Assembly (NCBI RefSeq): GCF_009914755.1
Contig: NC_060946.1
Length of the DNA: 64,000 nucleotides
Strand: one strand, 5' to 3'
Source: the human T2T-CHM13v2.0 reference genome, Homo sapiens
Made by a program: the position numbers and the translations under genes. The notes beneath the pieces were generated by a model that ran no database searches, was not told the origin of the DNA, and was given only the letters and a program-made list of their open reading frames with translations. Every line of letters starts with the position of its first letter. Position 1 is the first letter of the stretch. Shown here one piece after another: positions 53,480-64,000 of the stretch.

Positions 53480-55990
53480 GGGGCAGGCCGCCATCTTTCC
53501 CATTCGGGCAACTTAGTCATTCCAGCCTGAGGGCTTTGGAGAGTACAAACTGACCAGGGAAAGAAGAGATCCCAGAGCACAGCATAGCTGCTTTACCAAA
53601 TCATGGCCAGACTGCTTCTGTAAGCAGGCCCCTGATCCTGTTCCACCTCACTGGACAGGACCTCCCAACTGGGGCCTCCAGCTACCCCCACCAGCATCCC
53701 TTGGCCAATGGAAATTTGAAATGTTCCTGGGACAGAGCTCCTGGAGAGAGGGGCAGGCCACCACCTTTGCTGTTTGGGTGACTAGCCGTTCTGGCCTGCA
53801 GGCTTTGGAGAGCCCAAGCTGACAAGGGGTAGAAGAGGTGCCTCAGCACAGCACAGCCACGCTACGAAAACATGGCCAGACTCTTGTTTAAGTCAGTCCC
53901 CGAACACATTTCTAGTCAGTGGGTGAAGTCTTTCAACCAGGGTCTCTGGCTACCTTGACTGCTGTTCTCTGGCCGACAGAGGTCTCAGGCCTCCCTGAGT
54001 CAGAGCTCCCGGGGGGAGGACCAGATTGTCATCTTTGCTGTTTGGGTGACCCAGCCATTTCAGCCTTAGGGCTTCAGAGTGTCTGAGGTAGCCAGGGGCT
54101 GAAGTGAACCCCCAGCACAGCACAGCTGCTCTATAAAAACGTGGCCAGACTTTTTCTTTAAGCAAGTCCCTGTTCTTATTCCTCCTGACTAGGTAAGACT
54201 TCTCAACTTGCCTCCAGCCACATCTTATTGGTGTGTTCAGATTGGCAACAGGTTCGTACCTCAGTGGTACAGAGCTCCCAGAGGAAGGGGTAGGCTATCA
54301 TCTTCCCTGGAAAATACGAGTCAATTAGGGACTTGAGGGGACCCCCAGCATTCCACAGCAGCCCTTCAGAAAAGTGGCCAGACTCTGTACTTGATGGGCA
54401 GATCCTCCTGGCCTGTGTCTCTAGCCAGCCCACCACTGGAGCTATCAAGCCAGTAGCAACTCAGCAGTTCCTTGGACAGAGCTTCCAGGAGCAAATGAAA
54501 TCCTTTCTGCCACTGCCTTTGCAGTGAACTGCCCTTGCTATCCTCAGAAGATATATCACGGGAGCAAAGACCCTAAGTGCCATATCAACACCTCCAATAA
54601 GCTGCAGTTGACCCAAAGAACAAGCCAATCCATCTCCCACAGGTACCACACACACTCCACTACTCATCACCAGACAGGGAACCCTGGCTTGGGCCCACAG
54701 CACAGACCCTCCATCCTGGGCCGATTACACTGAGTGATTGCTAACTCACATGTCTCTGGGATGGAGCACCCAGGAGACAAGCAAAGTGGTGGAGCAGCAA
54801 GTCAGGTGATGTGGAGCCCAGAGGGCAGGGACAGCTATCTCTCTAGGCTCCACTTGCCCTTGTGAGACACTTTGTCCCAGCACTTTAGGAATGCTGAGGT
54901 CAGACCAGCCACATCTCATGTGCAAGATTGCCCAGCAGACATCAGGTCTGAGAGTTCCCCTTTTAAAAAAGGGGACTTGCTTAAAAAAGAAGTCTAGCCA
55001 CGATTGTGTAGAGCAGCTGTGCTGTGCTGGAGATTCACTTTTGAGAGAGTTCTCCTCTGAGACCTGATCTTTAGAGGCTGGGCAGTCTTGCACATGAGAT
55101 GGGGCTGGTCTGATCTCAGCACTCCTTAGTCTGCTTGCCTCTCCCAGGGCCCCAGCCTGGCCACACCTGCTTACAGGGCACTCTCAGATGCCCATACCAT
55201 AGTTTCTGTGCTAGTGGACCGTACCATATCAGTGGAGAGCTGCAGCAAGGTGGCACCTACGGCCACGCACCAGCCTGCACATTACCTCTCCATACTGCAG
55301 CCCTTTATATGGAAACTTCCTACATCACTTTGCTGTGTGTGTTTACACAGGTGGATTTTGCTTTACTTGCACTGACAGCACACAGGAGGGCAGCACACAC
55401 CCCAACCCACATCAACTGCCATTAAAGAAAAGAAATTTCAGCCCATAATTTCATGTCCAGCAAAATTAGGCATCATAAGTGAAGGAGAAATGAGATCCTT
55501 TTCAGACAAGCAAATGCTGAGGGAATTCAATATCACCAGATCTACCTTACAAGAGCTCCTGAAGGAAGCACTAAATATAGAAAGAAAAAACCATCACCAG
55601 CCACTACAAAAATGCAGTGAAGAACGCAGTGAATTACGCAGTCCAGTGATGCTAAAAACCAAACACATACGTTAAGTCTGCAAAATAACCAGCTGACAGC
55701 ATGACGACAGGATAAAATCCACACATACCATTACTAACCTTAAATGAAAATGGGCTAAATGCTCCCATTGAAAGACACGGGGCAAGCTGGATAAAGAACC
55801 AAGACCCACTGGAGTATGCTGTCTTCAAGAAACCCATCTCACATGCGGTGGCATACATAGGCTCAAAATAAAGGAATGGAGAAAAATATTTCAAGCAAAT
55901 GGAAAACAGAAAAAAGCAGGTGTTGCACTCCTACTTTCTGACAAAACAGACTATGCGAATAAAGATAAAAAAGAGAAGGACATTACAAAG
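53480..55990 (+). mobile_element. Older L1PA-type 5' UTR (~270-bp internal repeats), ORF1 C-terminus and ORF2 start; rearranged and deleted
   Basis: gggcaggcc...ctttgctgtttggg units near 53480, 53750, 54020; ORF1 motif SFSDKQMLREF...LQELLKEAL at 55490; ORF2 start near 55701. Confidence 0.8.
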
Positions 55991-57100
55991 GTGGTCCTGA
56001 CCTTTGATAAATCTCATTGCTTGATACCAACCTGGGCTGTTTTAATTGCCCAAACCAATAGGATAATTTGCTGAGGTTGTGGAGCTTCTCCCCTGCAGAG
56101 AGTCCCTGATCTCCCAAAATTTGGTTGAGATGTAAGGTTGATTTTGCTGTACAACTCCTTTTCTGAAGTTTTACTCATTTCCAAAAAGGAAGGCAAGTTT
56201 TCCTGCTTCCATGACGATGGAGAGCAGGCATCTCCTTTCCTGAGTTTCAGCTTGCTTCTGACAGGGAAGGTGAGTGTAAGTTTTTTCCAGCTTCTAAGAT
56301 GGCAGAGAACGATCACCAGCCTGAGCCTTATTTCCAGGTAAGTAGCTGAATTAGAGTTTTGTCTTAAAATTTTTCCTTAATGAATAAAATGTAAGATTAC
56401 CCACCAGCTGCTTTTAATTTCTCCTTAGCATTAGAACACTCAGTAATCATATGAATTGTGCATTTGTTTGTTTTGCTTAACTCTTTCTGTTTGTTTATGT
56501 TTGGGGTTTTATTGTTGTTGTTTCACTTTTCTCCCATCTCTTCCTGACTTGGTCAAATCCAAAGGAATGTTCCAAATTATGGGGAGCAAGGCATCTGAAA
56601 TGGCTAAAACTCCTGTGGCTGCAAAAAATAAAAATAAAAATAAATATAAAAAAATAAACACACACAAAAAATGAAAAACAAAAACAAAAAACACAAAAAA
56701 GCCAAAAGAAAAAACCCCAAAAAAAACAAAAAAAGGCAAAACAACAACAACAACAACAACAAAAAAAAACCCAAAAAACAAACAAACAAAAAAAAACACA
56801 CAGAAAATCCAGTTGGAAATTTTTTAAAACTTTTTTTTTATATAAGTGGTCTCATCTACATAACAAGGCCATCTTTTGCTAGCAAAGGCCAAACTGAAGG
56901 AGTAATGGTGGGGACCGAATGTTAAGATTCTGCCCTGTTCACTACAGAAACCTGAGTTTGGTTCCTAAGTCTAGTTCTTTCTGTTTGATATTTGTATTGC
57001 TTTTAAAATATCAGCAGTTTGTCCCAGCTATGATGTGGTAGTAAGAGACTCAAAACGATTTTCTTTACAAGTTCTATGATAAAAGCTTAATTAAAAGAAA
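55990..57100. mobile_element. Probable ERV internal fragment containing an A-rich low-complexity tract (56622-56800)
   Basis: Composition and motifs resemble ERV1-class internal leader; family not recognised with certainty. Confidence 0.35.
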
Positions 57101-57104
57101 ATTT

Positions 57105-58719
57105 GTTTTTTTAAAATTATACTTTAAGTTCTGGGGTACATGTGCAGAACATACAGGTTTGTTACGTAGGTATAATATACACATGCCATGGTGGCTTGCT
57201 GCATCCATCAACCCATGATCTGCATTAGGTATTTCTCCTAATGCCATCCCTCTCCTAGCCCCCCACGCTGACAGGCCCTGGTGTGTGATATTCCCCTTCC
57301 TGTGTCCATGTGTTCTCATTTTTCAACTCCCACTTATGAGTGAGAACATGTGTTTCTGTTCTTGTGTTAGTTTGCTGAGAATGATGGTTTCCAGCTTCAT
57401 CCATGTCCCTGCAAAGGACATGAACTCATCCTTTTTTATAGCTTCATAGTATTCCGTAGTGTATATATACCACATTATCCAGTCTGTCACTGATGGGCAT
57501 TTGGGTTGGTTCCAAGTCTTTGCTGTTGTGAACTGTGCCGCAGTAAACATACGTGTGCATGTGTCTTTATATTAGAATGATTTATTATTTTTTCAGTATA
57601 TACCCAGTAATGGGATTGCTGGGTCAAATGTATTTCTAGTTGTAGATCCTTGAGGAATCATCACACTGTCTTCCACAATGGTTGAAATAATTTATACTCC
57701 CAGCAAGAGTGTAAAAGCATTCTTATTTCTCCACGTCCTCTCCAGCATGTGTTGTTTCCTGATCTTTTAATGATGGCCATTCTAAGTGGTGTGAGATTGT
57801 ATTTCATTGTGGTTTTGATTTCCATTTCTCTAATGACCAGTGATGATGTGCTTTGCTTCACGTGTTCTTTGGCTGCATAAATGTCTTCTTTGGGAAGTGT
57901 CTGTTCATATCATTTGCCCGCTTTTTCATGGGGTTGTTTATTTTCTTGTAAATTTGTTTAAGTGCTTTGTAGATTCTGCATATTAGCCCTTTGTCAGATG
58001 GATAGATTGCAAAAATTTTCTCCCATTCTGTGTGTTGCCTGTTCACTCTGATGATAGTTTGTTTTGCTCTGCAGACACTCTTTAGCTTAATTAGATCCCA
58101 TTTGTCAATTTTGGCTTTTGTTGCCATTGCTTTTGGTGTTCTAGTGATGAGGTCTCTGCCCATGCCTGTGTCCTGAATGGTATTGCCTAACACAAGGACA
58201 TTTCTGTGCCTGAATGCCATACCACCCAAAGTCATTTATAGATTCAGTGCTATCCCCATCAAGATACCACTGACTTTTTTCAAAAAATTAGAAAAACTAC
58301 CTTAAATTTCATATGGAATCAAAAAAGAGTCCGCATAGCCAAGACAATCCTAAGCAAAAAGAACAAAGCTGGAGGCATCACAGTACCTGACTTCAAACTA
58401 CTCTACAAGGCCACAGTAACGTAAACAGCATGGTACTGGTACAAAACCAAGTATATAGACCAATGGAACAGAACAGAGGCCTCAGAAATGACACCACACT
58501 TGTAAAACCACAAGATCTTTGACAAAACTGACAAAAGTAAGCACTGGGGAAAGGATTCCCCATTTTATAAATAAATGGTGTTAGAAAAACTGGCTAGCCA
58601 TATGCAGAAAACCGAAACTGGGCCACTTCCTTACACTTTATATACAAAAATTAACTTAAGAAGGATAAAAGAGTTAAATGTAAGACCTAAAAGCAAAAAA
58701 CCTAGAAGAAAACATAGGC
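57105..58719 (-). mobile_element. L1PA with 5' inversion (twin-priming structure)
   Basis: Antisense 3' part 57105-58189; sense ORF2 part 58213-58719; the two are contiguous in L1 coordinates at ...gaagaaaac-taggc-aatacc. Confidence 0.85.
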
Positions 58720-58769
58720 CACCAACCTCAGGGGAAATATACTTGTAATGAAATGCATGGTACAAACGC

Positions 58770-61700
58770 GCATTCCCTGCTTCCTTGAGTGGGTGAGGTT
58801 GGTGGCTGGTCCATCTGCTCCAAGCGTACCCTTACAGAGGTGGCTGGTTGCTCTTTGAGGCAGCTTGGCCTTGCCTGGCATGCACAAGCTTCAGTGCAAC
58901 AACTGTGCTATAAATGGAGCCACATAGGGGAAATGAGCAGCAGGCTTAGGACCAGGGTGTACACTGCCTTTGGGGCTCCAGTCCGTGCCTCAGGGATGGT
59001 ATGGCACTGAGAGCTTCTTGGTTGCCAAGAGGCAGATCACAGGCCGTTTTGAGAAGGACTTCATGTTCAACTGCAGAAAGCAGCCAGGATTACCATCTAG
59101 GGTACTTGTCCTTCTGTGGCCCTGGCCAGACTTAGAATTTGGGCCAATGCAGGACAAGATCACTCGGAGCTGTGTGGCAGTCGCTCGGGCGTGTGCATGC
59201 CAGGCAAGGGCAAGCTGGCTCAAAAAGCAACAAGCCACCTATTCGAGGGTGGACCTGCAGCAGGTAGACCAACCACAAACCTCACTTAACCAAGGAAATA
59301 CATGGCCTGGTTCCCACAGCCCGAGTGGCTGCCACGTGATGGCTGATAGAGCAGAGGACTTCAGAAAAGCAGATGGCCCTTTGGTCCTACCTTTAGGGTA
59401 GAAGAACTGATGTGCCATTTGCGGGAGCGAGTGAGGTTGGTGGCTGGAGAACCGGTGCCTGGCACACCGTGGCAGAGTTGACTGGTTGCTCTTTGAGCTA
59501 GCTTGGCCTTGCTCGGCCTGCACAAGCCTCAGTGCAACAACTGTGCTATGAATGGAGCCACAGAGAGGAAACAAGCAGCAAGATCAGGACAGGGTGTACA
59601 CTGCCTTTCAGGCTCCAGTCCATGACTCGGGTCATATGGCACTGCAGGCTTCTTGGTTGCCAAGAGGCAGACCACAGGCCGTCTTGAGGAGGACTTTACA
59701 TTCAAGTGCAGAAAGCAGCCAAGATTACCGTCCGGGGGACTCGGCCTTCTGTGGCCCTGGCCAGACTGAGAATTTGTGCCAAGGCAGGACAAGCTCACTC
59801 GGAGCAGCGTGCCAGTCGCTGGGGCCTATGCATGCTAGGCAAGGCCAAGCTGGCTCAAAGAGCAACCAGCCACCTGTTCAAGGGTGCGCCTAGAGCAGGC
59901 AGAGCATCCACCACCTCACCCACTGAAGGAAGTGGGGATGGCCAGCTTCCCACAGCTTGATTGGCTGCCACCTAATTGCTGATGGAGCAGAGGCCTTAGG
60001 AAAAGCAGATGGCACTGTGGCCCTACCTTTAGGGTAGAAGAAGTGAAGCACATGTCTGGCTGCTAGTTGGTGACTGGTGCACCTGCTCAAGGCACACCCT
60101 TGCAGAGGCGGCTGGTTGCTCTTTGAGGCAGCTTGGCCTTGGCCGGCATGCCCAAGCTTCAGTGCAACAACTGTGCTACAAATGGCGCCATATAAAAACG
60201 AGCAGCAGGCTCAGGAGCAGGGTGTGCACTGCCTTTGGGGCTCCAGTCCATGCCTCAGGCGTCATATGGCACTGTGGGCTTCTTGGTTGCCAAGAGGCAG
60301 ACCACAGGCTGTCTAGAGGAGGACTTTATGTTCAAGTGTAGAAAGCAGCCAGGATTGCCACCCAGGGCACTCGGCCTTCTGTGGCCCTGTCCAGACTTAG
60401 AATTTGTTCCAAGGCAGGACAAACTCACTTGGACCAGCGTGTTAGTACCTGGGGCCTGTGCATGGCAGGCAAGGCCAAGCTGGCTCAAAGAGCCACCAGC
60501 CACCTGTGCAAGGGTGTGCCTGGACCAGTTGGACCAGCCACCAAGCTCACCCACTCAAGGAAGCAGGGATGGCGAGATTACAACAGCCTGAGTGGCTGCC
60601 ACCTGATGGCTGATGGAGCAGAGGCCTGAGGTAAATCAGATGGCACGTTTAACTCTTTAATGGATCTTAAGTTAATTTTTTTATAAAGCACATGGCACCA
60701 GTCCATGCCTCAGAGTTCGTACGGCACTGCGGACCACAGCAGGCCGAGTCCCCTGGGTGGCAATCCTGCCTGCTTTCTGCACTTGAACATAAAGTCCTCC
60801 TCAAGACGGCCTGTGGTCTGCCTCTTGGCCCTACATTTAGGGTAGAGGAAAGGATGTACCATGTCTGGCAGGGAGTGAGGTTGGTGGCTGGTCCGCCTGC
60901 TCCTGGCCCAGCCTTGCAGAGGTGGCTGGTTGCTCTTTGAGCCAGCCTGGCTTTGCCTGGCGTGCACACAGCTCAGTGCAACTACTCTGCTACAAATGTA
61001 GCCACAGAGAGGAAACGAGCAGCAGGCTCAGGAGCAGGTTGTGCATTGCCTTTGGGGCTCTAGTCCATGCCTCAGGGGTCGTGTAGCACTGCGGGCTTCT
61101 TGGTTGCCTAGAGGCAGACCACAGGCCATCTTGAGGAGGACTTTATGTTCAGGTGCAGAACGCAGCCAGGATTACCATCCAGGGGGGCCTTCTGTAGCCC
61201 TGGCCAGACCTTGCAGAGGTGGCTGGTTGCTCTTTGAGCGAGCTCGGCCTCCCTGGCATGCACAGGCCCCAGGTACTAACACGCTGCTCTGAGTGAGCTT
61301 GTCCTGCCTTGGCTGCCACCTAACTGCTGATGGAGCAGTGGCCTTAGGAAAAGCAGATGGTGCTGTAGCCCACCTTTAGGGTAGAAGAAGTGATGTACCA
61401 TGTCCGGCCGCTAGATGGTGACTGGTGCACCTGCTCCAGGCATACCCTTGCAGAGGTGGGTGGTTGCTGTTTGAGCCAGCTTGGCCTTGCCCGGCATGCA
61501 CAAGCTTCAGTGCAACAACTGTCCTACAAATGGAGCCACAGAGAGGAAACAAGCAGCAAGCTCAGGAGCAGGGTGTGCACTGCCTTTGGGGCTCCAGTCC
61601 ATGCCTCGGATCGTATGGTACTGCAGGCTTCTTGGTTGCCAAGAGGCGGACCACAGGCCTTCTTGAGGAGGACTTTACGTTCAAGTGCAGAAAGCAGCCA

Positions 61701-64000
61701 AAATTACCATCCATGGGACTGAGCCTTCTGTGGCCCTGGCGAGACTTAAAATTTGTGCCAAGGCAGGACAAGCTCACTCGGAGCAGCGTGTCAGTAGCTG
61801 GGGCCTATGCATGCCAGGCAAGGCCAAGCTGGCTCAAAGAGCAACCAGCCACCTCTGCAAGGGTGCGCCTAGTGCAGGCGGAGCATCCACCACCTCACCC
61901 GCTCGAGGAAGTGGGGATGGCCAGGTTCCCACAGCCTGAGTGTCTGCCACCTTATTGCTGATGGAGCAGAGGCCTTAAGAAAAGCAGATGGCACTGTGGC
62001 CCTACCTTTAGGGTGGAAGAAGTGATGTACATGTCCGGACGCTAATTGGTGACTGGTACACCGGCTCCTGGTACACCTTTGCAGAGGTGGCTGGTTGCTC
62101 TTTGAGCCAGCTTGTCCTTGCCCGGCATGCACAAGTTTCAGTGCAACAACTTTGCCACAAATGGAGCCATATAGAGGAAAGAAAAAGCAGGTTCAGGAGA
62201 AGGGTGTACCCTGCCTTTGGGGCTCCAGTCCATGCCTCAGGTGTCACATGGCACTGCAGGCTTCTTGGTTGCCAAGAGGCAGACCACAGGCCATCTTGGG
62301 GAGGACTTTATATTCAAGTGCAGAAAGCAGCCAGGATTACCATCCAGGGGGACCTTCTATAGCCCTGGCCAGACCTTGCAGAGGTGTCTGGTTGCTCTTT
62401 GAGCCAGCTTGGCCTCCCTGGCATGCACAGGCCCCAGGTACTAACACACTGCTCCGAGTGTGCTTGTCCTGCCTTGGCTGCCACCTAATTCCTGATGGAG
62501 CAGTGGCCTTAGGAAAAGCAGATGGCACTGTGGCCCACCTTTAGGGTAGAAGTGATGTACCATGTCTGGCCGTTAGTTGGTGACTGGTACACCTGCTCCT
62601 GGCACACCCTTGCAGAGGTGGCTGGTTGCTCTTTGAGCCAGCTTGGCCTTGCCCAGCATGCACAAGCTTCAGTGCAACAACTGTGCTACAAATGGAGCCA
62701 CAGAGAGGAAACAAGCAGCAGGCTCAGAAACCAGGTGTGCGCTGCCTTTGGGGCTCCAGTCCATGCCTCAGGGGTCGTATGGCACTGCAGGCTTCTTGGT
62801 TGCCAAGAGGAAGACCACAGGCCGTCTTGATGAGGACTTTACGTTCAAGTACAGAAAGCAGCCAGGATTACCATCCAGGGGACTCGGCCTTCTGTGGCCC
62901 TGGCCAGACATAGAATTTGTGCCAAGGCAGGACAAGCTCACTCGGAGCAGCGTGTCAGTCGCTGGGGCCTATGCATGCCAGGCAAGGCCGAGCTGGCTCA
63001 AAGAGCAACCAGCCACCTCTGCAAGGGTGCGCCTAGAGCAGGCAGAGCATCCAGCACCTCAGCCACACAAGGAAGTGGGGATGGCCAGCTTCCCACAGCT
63101 TGATTGGCTGCCACCTAATTGCTGATGGAACAGAGGCTTTAGGAAAAGCAGATGGCACTGTGGCCCTACCTTTAGGGTAGAAGAAGTGATGTACATGTCC
63201 GGCTGCTAGTTGGTAGCTCGTGCCCTTGCTCCTGGCACACCCTTGCAGAGGTGACTGGTTGCTTTTTGAGCCAGCTTGGCCTTGGCCAGCATGCCCAAGC
63301 TTCAGTGCAACAACTGTGCTACAAATGGAGCCATATAGAAACGAGCAGCAGGCTCAGGAGCAGGGTGTGCACTGCCTTTGGGGCTCCAGTCCATGCCTCG
63401 GGTCGTACGGTACTGCAGGCTTCTTGGTTGCCAAGAGGCAGACCACAGGCCTTCTTGAGGAGGACTTTACATTCAAGTGCAGAAAGCAGCCAAAATTACC
63501 ATCCATGGGACTGAGCCTTCTGTGGCCCTGGCGAGACTTAAAATTTGTGCCAAGGCAGGACAAGCTCACTCGGAGCAGCGTGTCAGTAGCTGGGGCCTGT
63601 GCATGCCAGGCAAGGCCAAGCTGGCTCAAAGAGCAACCAGCCACCTCTGCAAGGGTGCGCCTAGTGCAGGCGGAGCATCCACCACCTCACCCGCTCGAGG
63701 AAGTGGGGATGGCCAGGTTCCCACAGCCTGAGTGTCTGCCACCTTATTGCTGATGGAGCAGAGGCCTTAAGAAAAGCAGATGGCACTGTGGCCCTACCTT
63801 TAGGGTAGGACGCTAATTGGTGACTGGTACACCGGCTCCTGCTACACCTTTGCAGAGGTGGCTGGTTGCTGTTTGAGCCAGCTTGTCCTTGCCCGGCATG
63901 CACAAGTTTCAGTGCAACAACTTTGCCACAAATGGAGCCATATAGAGGAAACAAGAAGCAGGTTCAGGAGAAGGGTGTACCCTGCCTTTGGGGCTCCAGT
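58770..64000. repeat. Tandem array of ~630-bp GC-rich monomers, each with an internal long inverted repeat; continues beyond the window
   Basis: aagcagatgg anchor at 59367, 60003, 61351, 61982, 62516, 63146, 63774 (degenerate copy near 60634). Confidence 0.92.

Noticed and set aside
56495-56925. Hydrophobic and Lys/Asn-rich ORFs
   Set aside because: Translations of an A-rich low-complexity tract
58702-63954. Many 60-178 aa ORFs in the tandem array
   Set aside because: Frames differ between monomers, stops and indels are frequent, and no protein family is recognisable
58770-64000. Repeat-spacer appearance suggesting CRISPR or a MITE array
   Set aside because: Eukaryotic context; spacers are homologous to each other rather than unique; no cas genes, transposase or per-unit TSDs

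Overview
Primate (human or great-ape) genomic DNA containing one complete group-3 POTE gene on the + strand. Ten coding exons (20005..49674) splice in frame to a 508-aa protein of the POTEG/POTEM/POTEH type: three 37-aa Cys-rich repeats, ankyrin repeats, and a coiled-coil ending in ...IEVAENEF*. A 2-nt deletion in exon 10 stops translation just before the terminal exon, yet that exon still carries a fully open ANKRD26-like+beta-actin frame (51183..52508; 374-aa actin retrocopy with its own Kozak ATG), and simple splice choices would restore a POTE-actin fusion. Upstream lie a candidate distal first exon and three paralogous ~113-nt exons exonised from tandemly duplicated antisense L1. These can splice into acceptors built into each Cys-rich repeat. 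The introns hold a fossil CCDC144-type exon, a U6 chimeric retrocopy, a NOP58 3' retrocopy and ordinary Alu/L1/MER/MaLR repeats. The window ends in a ~630-bp-monomer tandem array whose monomers each contain a long inverted repeat, with inversion variants and a captured piece of the flanking L1. Comparisons to named proteins are from memory and need database confirmation; repeat boundaries are approximate.
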